This document shows, in pieces, positions 54,579 through 64,000 of a stretch of DNA of 64,000 nucleotides. The notes under the pieces are model-generated. The model ran no database searches. It worked only from the letters and a program-made list of their open reading frames with translations, and was not told the DNA's origin. Origin of the DNA: Rhizobium sp. Q54. GTDB taxonomy: Bacteria > Pseudomonadota > Alphaproteobacteria > UBA2966 > CAIVPW01. The position numbers and the translations under genes were made by a program. The stretch's first letter is position 1, and every line of letters starts with the position of its first letter. Location of the stretch: contig CAMDCA010000006.1 of the NCBI GenBank assembly GCA_945889645.1, forward strand, positions 472 to 64,471, in the 5' to 3' direction.

Positions 54579-56882
54579 GTGACGCATTGGCTGCGCATAC
54601 TCGCGGCATGCCTACTTGTGGGGCTCGGCATTGCCGATGTCGCCGCACAGCAGGTGCCGCCTATCGCCGAGATTCGTATCGAGGGCAATCAGCGCATCGA
54701 GCGCGAAACGATTCTCTCCTACCTGGAGCTTCGCCCGGGCGACCCGGCCGATCCGCTGCGGGTCGATAGCTCGCTCAAGAACCTGTTCGCCACCAACCTG
54801 TTCGCCGACGTCTCGATCTCACAAGTCGGCGCGGCCCTGGTGGTGCGGGTGGTCGAGAACCCGGTCATCAACCGCATTGCCTTCGAAGGCAACCGCGCCG
54901 TCGGCGACGAGGTCCTCGAGCCCGAGGTCCAGTTGCGCCCACGCGTGGTGTTCACGCGCGGCCGGGTCCAGGCCGACGTCCAGCGGCTGTTGCAGGTCTA
55001 CCACCGCAACGGCCGCTTCGCGGCGACCATCGAGCCCAAAGTCATCCAGCTGCCGCAGAACCGCGTCGATCTCGTGTTCGAGATCAACGAAGGTCCGCAG
55101 ACCGGCATTCGCCGTATCCGCTTCGTCGGCAACGACGCTTTCAGCGACAACCAGTTGCGTTCCGCGATCCAGACCAAGGAAGCGCGCTGGTGGAGATTCC
55201 TGACCACCGACGACACCTACGATCCGGATCGCGTGGCGTTCGACCAGGAACAGTTGCGGCGCTACTACAACGCGCGCGGCTACGCCGACTTCCAGGTCAG
55301 TTCCGCGGTCGCGCAGCTGACGCCGGACGGCCGCGACTTCTTCCTGACCTTCACGCTGTTGGAGGGCGAGCGCTACCGCTTTGGCGCGATCGACGTCGTT
55401 TCGCGCATCCCGGAACTCGACGTCGCCATCCTGCGCGGCGCGATCAAGACGCTCGCCGGCAGGATCTTCAACGCCGACCAGGTCGAAGACACGGTTCTCG
55501 ACATGACGTTCGAGGCTGGCCGATATGGTTACGCGTTCGTGGACATCCGGCCGCGCATCACGCGCGACGCCGAGGCCCGCACCATGGCCGTGGTGTACGA
55601 GATCGCCGAGGGCCCGCGTGTCTACGTCGACCGCATCAACATCGCCGGCAACGTCCGCACCCTCGACTCGGTGATCCGGCGTGAGTTCCGCCTCGCCGAA
55701 GGTGACGCCTTCAACACCGCCAAGGTGCAGCGCTCGATCCAGCGCATCCGCGCGCTCGGTTACTTCGACGATGTGCAGGTGGCCCAGCGCCGCGCCGAAC
55801 CACCGCTGCCGCCCGAACTGCAAGGCGTCGGGCCGGCGGATCGCGTCGATATCAACATGACGGTGCGCGAACGCTCGACCGGCGAGCTTGTGTTTGGCTT
55901 CGGCTATTCGACCACCGACCAGTTCGTCGCCGATGTCAGCCTGTCGGAGCGCAACTTGTTGGGTCGCGGCTTGCAACTGCGACTCGGCCTGACATGGGCG
56001 ACGCGGCGCCAGGACATCGACCTGTCGTTCACCCAGCCGTACTTCCTGGGGCGCGGCATCGCCGCCGGCTTCGACCTGTTCTCGCGCACCAGCGACCTGC
56101 GCCGGACCTCGTCGTACGAGCTTTCGACCAAGGGCTTTTCGCTGCGCGCCGGCTTGCCGCTGGCCGAGTTCTTGAGTTCGAACTTCCGCTACACCTTGCG
56201 CCAGGTGGGCATCGAAAACGTCGGCGCAGACGCGTCGCGCTTCGTCCGCGAGCAGGAGGGTTCCCGCGTTATTTCGTCGGTCGCCTATTCGCTGCTGTAC
56301 GACAAGCGCAACGACGTGCTGTTTCCGACTGACGGCTATGTCCTGCGGCTCAACCAGGAGTTGGCTGGGCTGGGCGGCACGTCCCGGTTCCTGAAGACCA
56401 CTGTCAGCGGCGAGTATCACAGGCCGCTGTGGGACCAGGATGTCATCGCAACGTTCGGTGGCGAGACCGGATACCTTGCCGAACTCGGCAAGGACGTCTC
56501 GATCGCCGACCGATTCTTCGTCGGCGGGGACAACTTCCGCGGCATCCGGAGCTCGGGCATCGGCCCGCGCGACGCCGATACCCTCGATTCGCTCGGCGGC
56601 AAGTACTACTACGTCGGTTCGGGCGAGGTGAGCTTCCCGGTCGGCCTGCCCAGGGACCTCGGCGTGCGCGGCAGCGTGTTCTCCGAGGTCGGCGCCCTGT
56701 GGGATGCGGGCCTGCCGAAGGCAGGCATCCTGGACAGCAGCGCGCCGCGCATCACCTACGGCTTTGGGTTGTCGTGGAGGTCGCCGGTCGGGCAGATTCG
56801 CTTCGATTTCGCCTGGCCGTTGAAGGTCGAGGAGTTTGACCGCAGCGAGCGCTTCCGATTCAGCTTCGGGTCGCGCTTCTAG
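54579..56882 (+). CDS. bamA: Outer-membrane protein assembly factor BamA
   Basis: 767 aa with a GTG start. Signal peptide, POTRA repeats (IAEIRIEGNQRIERETILSYL..., INRIAFEGN...), and a C-terminal beta-barrel ending ...FRFSFGSRF. Confidence 0.94.
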   Translation: MTHWLRILAACLLVGLGIADVAAQQVPPIAEIRIEGNQRIERETILSYLELRPGDPADPLRVDSSLKNLFATNLFADVSISQVGAALVVRVVENPVINRIAFEGNRAVGDEVLEPEVQLRPRVVFTRGRVQADVQRLLQVYHRNGRFAATIEPKVIQLPQNRVDLVFEINEGPQTGIRRIRFVGNDAFSDNQLRSAIQTKEARWWRFLTTDDTYDPDRVAFDQEQLRRYYNARGYADFQVSSAVAQLTPDGRDFFLTFTLLEGERYRFGAIDVVSRIPELDVAILRGAIKTLAGRIFNADQVEDTVLDMTFEAGRYGYAFVDIRPRITRDAEARTMAVVYEIAEGPRVYVDRINIAGNVRTLDSVIRREFRLAEGDAFNTAKVQRSIQRIRALGYFDDVQVAQRRAEPPLPPELQGVGPADRVDINMTVRERSTGELVFGFGYSTTDQFVADVSLSERNLLGRGLQLRLGLTWATRRQDIDLSFTQPYFLGRGIAAGFDLFSRTSDLRRTSSYELSTKGFSLRAGLPLAEFLSSNFRYTLRQVGIENVGADASRFVREQEGSRVISSVAYSLLYDKRNDVLFPTDGYVLRLNQELAGLGGTSRFLKTTVSGEYHRPLWDQDVIATFGGETGYLAELGKDVSIADRFFVGGDNFRGIRSSGIGPRDADTLDSLGGKYYYVGSGEVSFPVGLPRDLGVRGSVFSEVGALWDAGLPKAGILDSSAPRITYGFGLSWRSPVGQIRFDFAWPLKVEEFDRSERFRFSFGSRF

Positions 56883-56907
56883 TTTCTTGCATCAAGAGGA
56901 TTCGCGG

Positions 56908-57567
56908 ATGATCGCTAGAGTGTTGGGATTGCTCGCCGCACTGTTCTGGGCGTCGGGACTTTTGGCGCCGAGCGCGCTGGCCCAGGCGGTCCCTAAGGCC
57001 ACCACGCCGCCGCAGGTGACGCCGAAGGCGACGGCACCTGCTGCGCCGGTCGTCCCCAAAGCGGTCGCGCCGGCGACGCCGGCGGGGCCCATTCCGGCGG
57101 CGATCGTTGCAGTCATCGACGTCGCCCAGGTGCGCACCAATTCCGCCGCCGCCAAGGACATCCAGCGCCAGATGGCCGCGATTCAGGAAGTCTACTCGGC
57201 CGAGATCAGCAAGCTCGAAGATCAGCTGCGCACCCAGGAGCAGGAGCTGCAGCGCCAGCAGGCGATCCTTTCCGCCGAGGCCTTTGCCGCGCGCCGGCGC
57301 GAATTCGAGGCGGCCGTGGATCGCGCCCAGCGCCTGGTAGAAGAACGCAACCGCACCCTCGATCGCCTGTTCAGCGACGCTATGGGCAAGGTCACGGCGG
57401 CGATCGTCACGGCCCTCGGCGAGTTGCAGCGCGAGCGCGGCTTCAACCTCGTCCTCGACCGCAATGCCGTCCTGGTGCCGCTGCCGGCCCTCGACATCAC
57501 CAACGAGGCGCTGGTGCGCGTGGATCTTCGCCTGCCGACGGTTGCCGTCACTCTGCCGCCTCCGTAA
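56908..57567 (+). CDS. skp: OmpH/Skp-family periplasmic chaperone
   Basis: 219 aa from the internal ATG. Signal peptide [27 protein letters not shown], a Pro/Ala/Lys-rich linker, then a coiled-coil region ([38 protein letters not shown]). Sits between bamA and lpxD. Confidence 0.85.
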   Translation: MIARVLGLLAALFWASGLLAPSALAQAVPKATTPPQVTPKATAPAAPVVPKAVAPATPAGPIPAAIVAVIDVAQVRTNSAAAKDIQRQMAAIQEVYSAEISKLEDQLRTQEQELQRQQAILSAEAFAARRREFEAAVDRAQRLVEERNRTLDRLFSDAMGKVTAAIVTALGELQRERGFNLVLDRNAVLVPLPALDITNEALVRVDLRLPTVAVTLPPP

Positions 57568-58604
57568 TGCCGGATCCGCGCTTCTTTGTTGCCGCGGAGC
57601 CGTTCAGCGCGACGGAACTCGCGCAACGGGTCGGCGCCACGGTGGCGGGCGATGGCGGCAGGCGCATTCACAGCGTCGCGCCGCTTGATGCCGCCGGGCC
57701 CGATGATCTGAGCTTTTTTGACCACCCGCGCTACGCCGCTCAGTTGGTGGCGACGCGAGCCGGCGTGATCGCGCTGCATCCGAAGCACCGGGCGCGTGCT
57801 CCGGCGGGCGCGGTGCTTCTCCTGTCCAACGAACCGCACAAGGCGTACGCCCGCGCCGCCGCGCTGCTATTCCCCGAAACCCAGCCGCAGGCCGGCATTG
57901 CGCCCCAGGCGGTCATTGCTCCGACCGCCACCCTCGGCAAGGGATGCACCGTCGAGGCCGGCGCGACGATCGCGGCCCGGGCGGAGATCGGCGCGGGCTG
58001 CGTGATTGGCGCCAGCGCCAGCATCGGCCCGGGCGTCGTGCTCGGGCCTGGCTGCCGAGTCGGCGCCAACGCCAGCATCGCCCACGCCTTGATCGGCGCC
58101 AAGGTGAACGTCTATCCGGGGGCCCGCATCGGCACGGATGGGTTCGGGTTCGCGCCTGACCCCAAAGGTCACGTCCGGGTTCCGCAGCTTGGCCGGGTCA
58201 TCATCCACGACGGCGTCGAGATCGGCGCCAACGCCACCATCGATCGCGGCTCCGGCCCCGACACGGTGATCGGCGCGGGGTGCTGGATCGACAACCTGGT
58301 TCACATCGGACACAACGCCCAGCTCGGCCGCGGCTGCATCGTTGCCGGCCTGACCGGGATTGCCGGCAGCACCATTCTAGGCGACTTCGTCGCCGTGGGC
58401 GGGCAGGTCGGCGTTGCCGGCCACCTGCGTATCGGCACGGGGGCGCGCATCGCCGGCGGTAGCGGGGTCATCCGTGACATACCGGCCGGCATGACGGTCG
58501 GAGGCTTTCCGGCGGTTCCCATTCGCGTCTGGCACCGGCAAACTGCCCTGCTGGCGCGCATGGCCCGCGCGACTCCCGGTGAGGGGACGGAGGAAGAGTC
58601 ATGA
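57567..58604 (+). CDS. lpxD: UDP-3-O-acylglucosamine N-acyltransferase
   Basis: 345 aa with left-handed beta-helix hexapeptide repeats, ...[20 protein letters not shown]..., and its operon position. Confidence 0.93.
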   Translation: MPDPRFFVAAEPFSATELAQRVGATVAGDGGRRIHSVAPLDAAGPDDLSFFDHPRYAAQLVATRAGVIALHPKHRARAPAGAVLLLSNEPHKAYARAAALLFPETQPQAGIAPQAVIAPTATLGKGCTVEAGATIAARAEIGAGCVIGASASIGPGVVLGPGCRVGANASIAHALIGAKVNVYPGARIGTDGFGFAPDPKGHVRVPQLGRVIIHDGVEIGANATIDRGSGPDTVIGAGCWIDNLVHIGHNAQLGRGCIVAGLTGIAGSTILGDFVAVGGQVGVAGHLRIGTGARIAGGSGVIRDIPAGMTVGGFPAVPIRVWHRQTALLARMARATPGEGTEEES

Positions 58605-59068
58605 ACGAAACCACGGGCATCGAGGTCGGCACCGTCGACGTTCTGCAGATCATGCAGATGATCCCGCATCGCTATCCGATGCTGATGGTGGATCGCGTCG
58701 TCGAGCTGGTGGCCGACCAAAGCGCGGTTGGCATCAAAAACGTCAGCATCAACGAGCCGCACTTCGTCGGCCACTTCCCGACCCGGCCGATCATGCCGGG
58801 CGTGATGATCGTCGAGGCGATGGCGCAGACGGCCGCCGTGCTGGTCGCGTACTCCGAGCGCGAGCTGGCCGGGTCCAACAGGCTGGTCTACTTCCTGTCG
58901 ATCGAGAACGCGCGCTTCCGCAAGCCGGTCGTGCCGGGTGACACGATGCGCATCCACGTCACCAAGACGCACCGGCGCGGCAACGTGTGGAAGTTCGACG
59001 GCAAGAGCACGGTGGACGGTAAGGTCGTCGCCGAAGCCAACTTCAGCGCGATGCTCGTCGATGGCTAA
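58601..59068 (+). CDS. fabZ: 3-hydroxyacyl-ACP dehydratase FabZ
   Basis: 155 aa, ATGA overlap with lpx[17 protein letters not shown]...[26 protein letters not shown]. Confidence 0.96.
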   Translation: MNETTGIEVGTVDVLQIMQMIPHRYPMLMVDRVVELVADQSAVGIKNVSINEPHFVGHFPTRPIMPGVMIVEAMAQTAAVLVAYSERELAGSNRLVYFLSIENARFRKPVVPGDTMRIHVTKTHRRGNVWKFDGKSTVDGKVVAEANFSAMLVDG

Positions 59069-59894
59069 ACATCAGCCGGCCGAACAGGCCGGCGCCGTGG
59101 ACATTCATCCCACGGCGCTGGTCGCCGAGGGCGCTCGCATCGGTGCGGGGTCGCGCATCGGCGCGTTCTGCCACATCGGTCCGCACGTCGAGATCGGACC
59201 GGAGTCGGTCCTGCACTCGCACGTCGTCGTCGCCGGGCGCACGCGCATCGGGCCGAAGGTCGAACTCTTTCCGTTCGCCTGCGTCGGCCACGCGCCCCAA
59301 GATCTCAAGTACAAGGGCGAGCCGTCCGAGGTGATCATCGGCGCGCGCTGTCGCATCCGCGAGAACGTCACCATAAACCCCGGCACCACCGGCGGCGGCA
59401 TGGTGACCAGCGTTGGCGATGACTGTCTCATCATGGCCGGGGCGCACATCGCGCACGACTGCAAGATCGGCAACCACGTCATCTTGGTCAACAACGCGAT
59501 CCTCGGCGGTCACGTCGAGGTTGGCGACCATGCGATCCTTGGTGGCGGGTCGGGCGTGCACCAGTTTGTTCGCATCGGGGCCCACGCCATGATCGGCGGC
59601 ATGTCGGGCGTCGAGCAGGACGTCATCCCCTTCGGCACCGTGATGGGCGAACGCGCCCATCTGGCGGGACTGAACCTCGTCGGCCTCAAGCGCCGCGGCT
59701 TCGATCGCGACGCCATTCACGAACTGCAGAAAGCCTACCGCATGCTGTTCGGCGAGGAAGGCACCTTCCAGGAGCGCCTTGCCGATGCGGTCGAGAAGTT
59801 CGGCGCCAACGCGCTGGTCAACGAAGTCCTTGGCTTCATCGGCGCTCAGTCGGATCGTGGCCTGTGCCAGCCGAAGGTCGCGCGGGGCAGCTAG
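59061..59894 (+). CDS. lpxA: Acyl-ACP--UDP-N-acetylglucosamine O-acyltransferase
   Basis: 277 aa from the internal ATG. Hexapeptide repeats, ...HIAHDCKIGNHVILVNNAILGGHVEVGD...GLNLVGLKRRGF. Confidence 0.94.
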   Translation: MAKHQPAEQAGAVDIHPTALVAEGARIGAGSRIGAFCHIGPHVEIGPESVLHSHVVVAGRTRIGPKVELFPFACVGHAPQDLKYKGEPSEVIIGARCRIRENVTINPGTTGGGMVTSVGDDCLIMAGAHIAHDCKIGNHVILVNNAILGGHVEVGDHAILGGGSGVHQFVRIGAHAMIGGMSGVEQDVIPFGTVMGERAHLAGLNLVGLKRRGFDRDAIHELQKAYRMLFGEEGTFQERLADAVEKFGANALVNEVLGFIGAQSDRGLCQPKVARGS

Positions 59895-60745
59895 TGAGCT
59901 TGGCCGCCGCGGTTCCCGCCGCCACCCACACGATCGGCATCCTGGCCGGCAGCGGCAGCCTGCCGCTGCTCCTGATTGCGGCGTGCCGTGCCGGCGGGCG
60001 CGAGCCGTTCGTCGTCGCGTTCAACGGATTCACGGATGAGGCGACAGTCGCCAATGTACGTCACGCCTGGATAGACATCGCCGCGGTCGGCAAGACGTTC
60101 CGTGCGCTGCGCGAGGCCGGGTGCGATGCGGTGGTGCTCGCCGGCAAGATGCGCCGGCCGTCGCTGTCGTCGCTGCGCCCCGATGCCCGCGGCCTGATGG
60201 TCATCGCCAAGGTCGCGGCGGCCGGTGGGGATGACGCGCTGCTGCGCGTGCTGATCGCTGAATTGGAGGGCGAAGGCTTCCGCGTCCTCGGTGCCGACGA
60301 CCTGCTCACCGACCTGATTGCGCCGCCAGGCCCGCTCGGCGCCACGGCGCCGACCGACGCCCAGCGCGCCGACATCCGCCGCGGCATCGCCGTTGCCCGT
60401 GCCTTGGGTGCGGTCGATGTCGGTCACGCGGTGGTCGTGCAGCAGGGCATCGTCCTCGGCGTCGAGGCGGTGGAGGGGACTGACGCCCTGCTGCGCCGCT
60501 GCGGCGACCTGCGCCGCGAAGGCGCTCCCGGCGTGCTGGTGAAGCTGAAGAAGATCGCCCAAGAACGCCGCGCCGATCTGCCGGCCCTCGGCCCGACGAC
60601 CATCGAGGGATTGAAGGCTGCCGGCCTTGCCGGCGTCGCCTTCGAGGCCGACGGCACGCTGGTGCTGGGCCGCGCCGATCTGGTGGCGGCGGCCGATGCG
60701 GCGGGGCTTTTCGTCTACAGCCTTAGCGCCCAGGAGCTTGCCTGA
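59894..60745 (+). CDS. lpxI: UDP-2,3-diacylglucosamine hydrolase LpxI (DUF1009)
   Basis: IGILAGSGSLPLLL...VVLAGKMRRP...DVGHAVVVQQGIVLGVEAVEGTDALL...VLVKLKK..QERRADLPALGPTTI, sitting between lpxA and lpxB as in other alphaproteobacteria. The start is either GTG 59894 (TAGTG overlap) or ATG 59864. Confidence 0.85.
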   Translation: MSLAAAVPAATHTIGILAGSGSLPLLLIAACRAGGREPFVVAFNGFTDEATVANVRHAWIDIAAVGKTFRALREAGCDAVVLAGKMRRPSLSSLRPDARGLMVIAKVAAAGGDDALLRVLIAELEGEGFRVLGADDLLTDLIAPPGPLGATAPTDAQRADIRRGIAVARALGAVDVGHAVVVQQGIVLGVEAVEGTDALLRRCGDLRREGAPGVLVKLKKIAQERRADLPALGPTTIEGLKAAGLAGVAFEADGTLVLGRADLVAAADAAGLFVYSLSAQELA

Positions 60746-60777
60746 CCGTCGCCCGAGCCCACCGCACGCTGCACATC

Positions 60778-61941
60778 ATGCTGGTGGCGGGAGAGGCGTC
60801 CGGCGACGCCCTCGGCGCTGGCCTGATGGGCGCGCTTCAGACGCTGACCGGCGGCGCGGTGCGGTTCTCCGGCGTCGGCGGCCCGCAGATGGAGGCGCGC
60901 GGTCTGGCGTCGTTGTTCCCCATGCAGGAACTCAGCCTGATGGGCATCATGGAAGTGCTGCTGCGCGTGCCGCAGCTGATGCGCCGGCTGCGCGAGGTCG
61001 AGGACCACGCGCTGGCCAGTGGCCCGGACGCGGTCGTCACCATCGACTCACCGGGCTTCAACTTCCGCCTGGCGCGGCGTTTGAAGCCGCAGAAGCTCAA
61101 CCTGATCCACTACGTCGCGCCCACCGTGTGGGCGTGGAAGGCGGGCAGGGCGCGCAAGATCGCGCCGCTGTTCGACCACCTGCTCACCCTGCTGCCGTTC
61201 GAGCCGCCGTACTTCGAGGTCGAAGGCCTGCGCAGCACGTTCGTCGGCCATCCGGTGATCGAGACCGGTGCGGGCAAGGGCGACGGCACTGCCTTCCGCG
61301 CCCGGCATTCTCTGGCCAGCGCTACGCCGCTGCTGTGCATCCTGCCGGGCAGCCGCCGCAGCGAGTCGAGCCGCTTGCTGCCTCCGTTCGGCGAGACGGC
61401 GCGGCGCCTTGGCGCCCAGGTTCCTGGCCTGACAGTCGTGGTGCCGGCGGTGCCGCACCTTGAGGCGGACATTCGCGCGGCGGTCGCTGCGTGGAAGCTG
61501 CCGGCCATCATTCTGCCGGGCAACACCGAGAAGTACGACGCGATGGCGGCGGCCAATTCGGCGATCGCTGCGTCGGGCACTGTGGCGTTGGAGTTGGCAC
61601 TGGCGCGCACGCCGACGGTGGTGGCGTACAAGCTGCACCCGCTGACGTGGATGCTGGTGCGGCGCATGGCAAGAAGCCCGTATGTGCACCTAGTCAACAT
61701 CCTGCTCAAGCGGCCGGTGGTGCCAGAGCTGTTGCAGGGCAACTGCACGCCGGAGCGCCTGACCGAGGCGGTGCTGACCCTGCTCAACGATCCGGTGGCG
61801 CGGAACAGGCAGCGGAGCGCGGGGGCAGAGGCGCTTGCGGCGCTGACGCCGGCCGCTGGATCGCCGTCGATGGCGGCGGCCGAAGCGGTGCTCAAGGTCA
61901 TCGACGGGCGGATGCCGGCATCGACCGCCAGGGCAGACTAG
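60778..61941 (+). CDS. lpxB: Lipid-A-disaccharide synthase
   Basis: 387 aa. [18 protein letters not shown]...[14 protein letters not shown]...[15 protein letters not shown]...LPGSRRSE...[14 protein letters not shown]. Confidence 0.93.
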   Translation: MLVAGEASGDALGAGLMGALQTLTGGAVRFSGVGGPQMEARGLASLFPMQELSLMGIMEVLLRVPQLMRRLREVEDHALASGPDAVVTIDSPGFNFRLARRLKPQKLNLIHYVAPTVWAWKAGRARKIAPLFDHLLTLLPFEPPYFEVEGLRSTFVGHPVIETGAGKGDGTAFRARHSLASATPLLCILPGSRRSESSRLLPPFGETARRLGAQVPGLTVVVPAVPHLEADIRAAVAAWKLPAIILPGNTEKYDAMAAANSAIAASGTVALELALARTPTVVAYKLHPLTWMLVRRMARSPYVHLVNILLKRPVVPELLQGNCTPERLTEAVLTLLNDPVARNRQRSAGAEALAALTPAAGSPSMAAAEAVLKVIDGRMPASTARAD

Positions 61942-63323
61942 TCCTCGCGGGCGGTGATCGGCACGTAGGGGCGCTTGGCGGAGCCGGTGTAGAGCTGGCG
62001 CGGGCGGCCGATCTTCTGCAGGGGGTCGGCGATCATCTCGGCCCACTGGGCGCACCAGCCGACCGAGCGCGCGACGGCGAACAGCGCCGTGAACATGCTG
62101 GACGGGAAGCCCATCGCGCGCAGGATGATGCCCGAGTAGAAGTCGACGTTCGGGTACAGCTTACGCTCGACGAAGTACTCGTCTTCGAGCGCGATGCGCT
62201 CCAGTTCCTGGGCAAGCTCCAGCAGCGGCTCACCGCGCATGCCGAGCTCATCCAGCACCTCGTGGGCCCGCTTGCGCAGCACCTGGGCGCGCGGATCGAA
62301 GTTCTTGTAAACGCGGTGGCCGAAGCCCATCAGGCGGAACGGATCGTCCTTATCCTTGGCGCGGGCGATGAATTCCGGGATGCGCTTCTTGTTGCCGATC
62401 TCTTCGAGCATGTTCAGCACCGCCTCGTTGGCGCCGCCATGGGCGGGTCCCCATAGGCAGGCGATGCCGGCGGCGATGCAGGCGAACGGGTTGGCGCCCG
62501 ACGAACCCGCCAGACGCACGGTGCTGGTGGAGGCGTTCTGCTCGTGGTCGGCGTGCAGGATGAAGATGTCGTCCAGCGCGCGCTCAAGCACCGGGTTGAC
62601 CTTGTATTCCTCGGCCGGGACCGCGAACACCATGTGGAGGAAGTTGCCGGCGAACGACAGGTCGTTGCGCGGGTACATGAAGGGCTGGCCGACCGAGTAC
62701 TTGAAGGCCATCGCGGCGATGGTCGGGATCTTGGCGATCAGGCGATGGATGTTGGACAGGCGCGCGCTGGCGTGCGCCGCACCCGCCGACTCGCCCGGAT
62801 AGAAGGCGCTCATGGCGCCGACGACGCCGACCAGGACGGCCATCGGATGGGCGTCGCGGCGGAAGCCACGGAACAGCTGGGTCAGCTGCTCGTGGATCAT
62901 GGTGTGGCGGGTGATCTTGGTGTTGAAGTCGGTGAACTCGGCCTTGCTGGGCAACTCGCCGTGCAGGAGCAGGTAGGCGACTTCGAGGAATGAACTGCGC
63001 TCGGCCAGGTCCTCGATCGGATAGCCGCGGTAGAGGAGGATGCCTTCCTCGCCGTCGATGTAGGTGATCTTCGACTCGCAGCTCGCCGTGGACATGAAGG
63101 CCGGGTCGAAGGTGAACATCCCGGTCTCGTTGTAGAGCTTGCGGATGTCGAACACCGGCGGGCCGACGGTCGCCTGCTGGAGCGGGAATTCGTAGCTGCG
63201 GCCGCTGGAGTTGTCGGTCAGGGTGACCGTGCTGCGGTGGGCGCCGTCGGTCGCGCGCATGCCGCCGGGACGCTCCGTGAGCTTAGGCTCCCCCCTCATC
63301 ACTTTCGCTGCTTCCTTGGCCAT
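61938..63323 (-). CDS. gltA: Citrate synthase
   Basis: Internal ATG of ORF 61938..63659. ...[37 protein letters not shown]...[16 protein letters not shown]...[10 protein letters not shown]...[15 protein letters not shown]. The start could be one of two downstream ATGs (the N-terminus is about 25 aa longer than usual). Confidence 0.94.
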   Translation of the reverse strand: MAKEAAKVMRGEPKLTERPGGMRATDGAHRSTVTLTDNSSGRSYEFPLQQATVGPPVFDIRKLYNETGMFTFDPAFMSTASCESKITYIDGEEGILLYRGYPIEDLAERSSFLEVAYLLLHGELPSKAEFTDFNTKITRHTMIHEQLTQLFRGFRRDAHPMAVLVGVVGAMSAFYPGESAGAAHASARLSNIHRLIAKIPTIAAMAFKYSVGQPFMYPRNDLSFAGNFLHMVFAVPAEEYKVNPVLERALDDIFILHADHEQNASTSTVRLAGSSGANPFACIAAGIACLWGPAHGGANEAVLNMLEEIGNKKRIPEFIARAKDKDDPFRLMGFGHRVYKNFDPRAQVLRKRAHEVLDELGMRGEPLLELAQELERIALEDEYFVERKLYPNVDFYSGIILRAMGFPSSMFTALFAVARSVGWCAQWAEMIADPLQKIGRPRQLYTGSAKRPYVPITARED

Positions 63324-63362
63324 GGCACTCGTTCGATGTGCGGCTGCACCGCCTAGGCTCAG

Positions 63363-63390
63363 AGTATAGGTCGTTTGTCGCCGCTGGCTA
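63363..63390 (-). promoter_or_regulatory. Candidate sigma-70 promoter for gltA
   Basis: The reverse strand reads TAGCCA, a 16-nt spacer, then TATACT, about 40 nt upstream of the gltA ATG. The -35 element overlaps the gltX stop codon. Confidence 0.25.
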
Positions 63391-64000
63391 GCGAGCCTGG
63401 GCGCGAAGTCGCGCCAATCCTTCGTTGCGTCCAAGTGCCACCAGCACCTCGAACACGCCGGGCGACGTCGTCCGTCCCGTGAGCGCCGCGCGCATCGGCT
63501 GCGCGACATCGCCGAGCTTGAGCGACTCGGCCTCGGCCAGGGTGCGGACGGCTGCATCGAGGGCAGTGACTGACCAATCGTTGACCGCGCTGAGCACCGG
63601 CACCAGGCGGCCGAGCAGGGCGCGTGCCTCCGGTTTGAGCAGCGCTTCGGCCTTGGCATCGACGGGCAGGGGGCCGGCCAGCGCGAACGGCGCGGCGTTG
63701 GACGCCAGCTCGTTCATGTCCTTGGCGCGCTTGGCGAGGTCGGGGATCAGCGTGCGGATGCGCGCCGCCGCCTGCGGGTGCAGGGCGATGGTCTGGCCGG
63801 CGAACGCCGGGTCGAGCTCGGGCAGGCGCGGCACGCGGGCCAGCACCTCGGTGGCGAGCTGGGCCGGATCGGCCGACTGGATGTAGTGGCCGTTGAGGCT
63901 GCGCAGCTTGTCGTAGTCGAAGCGCGCGGCGGAGCGGCCGATGCCGGGCAGGTCGAACCACTGGATGGTCTGGTCGGTGGAGAAGATCTCGTCGTCGCCG
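63388..64000 (-). CDS. gltX: Glutamyl-tRNA synthetase, C-terminal ~200 aa (5' end lies beyond the window end)
   Basis: The reverse frame stays open to the window edge: ...[40 protein letters not shown]... (GluRS 'SPARFD..KL.WLN' region), then a helical anticodon-binding domain ending ...[15 protein letters not shown]. Confidence 0.85.
   Translation of the reverse strand, partial: GDDEIFSTDQTIQWFDLPGIGRSAARFDYDKLRSLNGHYIQSADPAQLATEVLARVPRLPELDPAFAGQTIALHPQAAARIRTLIPDLAKRAKDMNELASNAAPFALAGPLPVDAKAEALLKPEARALLGRLVPVLSAVNDWSVTALDAAVRTLAEAESLKLGDVAQPMRAALTGRTTSPGVFEVLVALGRNEGLARLRAQAR

Noticed and set aside
56985-57100. Repetitive Pro/Lys/Ala/Thr segment (PKAT/PKAV units) in Skp, considered as a tandem DNA repeat or contingency locus
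   Set aside because: The nucleotide units are degenerate rather than a clean tandem array, and they stay in frame. Such Pro/Ala-rich linkers after signal peptides are common in high-GC periplasmic proteins.

Overview
High-GC (roughly two-thirds G+C) window that is almost entirely coding. Its content and gene order match the conserved housekeeping core of an alphaproteobacterium. I support about 65 CDS, 4 tRNAs, a few intrinsic terminators and some low-confidence promoters.

Gene content, left to right:
- glnA (5' part, runs off the window) and glnB; a small 3-TM ORF; tRNA-His.
- A FAAL-like adenylating enzyme, converging on a minus-strand string: amtB -> glnK -> dadA-like oxidoreductase -> small lipoprotein.
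- ycjX-ycjF; nnr; tRNA-Leu.
- tig-clpP-clpX-lon-hupB; tRNA-Val.
- An ArsR/DUF1801/SRPBCC/MarC islet; tRNA-Asp.
- nuoA-N, directly coupled to birA-coaX-rnj-DUF1467.
- A secreted hypothetical protein; proS (minus strand); lolC-lolD-dnaE.
- rpsB-tsf-pyrH-frr-uppS-cdsA-dxr-rseP-bamA-skp-lpxD-fabZ-lpxA-lpxI-lpxB.
- Converging gltA, and gltX (3' part, runs off the window).

I found no CRISPR array, transposase, integrase, phage gene, toxin-antitoxin or recognisable defence or secondary-metabolite cluster. I do not see a convincing novel multi-gene system here.

The leads worth a second look are modest:
1. Inverted amtB->glnK order, with a DadA-like enzyme and a lipoprotein attached downstream.
2. 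An orphan FAAL-type adenylating enzyme with no carrier-protein partner nearby.
3. A 485-nt unassigned spacer before tRNA-Leu, with a 10-bp long-range pairing and a weak coding signal.
4. A Thermus/archaeal-type ProRS with a degenerate zinc site.
5. A perfect 16-bp tandem duplication in the proS/lolC divergent promoter region.
6. Three of the four convergent gene pairs share a CTAG stop-stop overlap.

The many long antisense ORFs in the track are GC-content artefacts. All identifications come from reading motifs and remembered family sequences; no database search was run.
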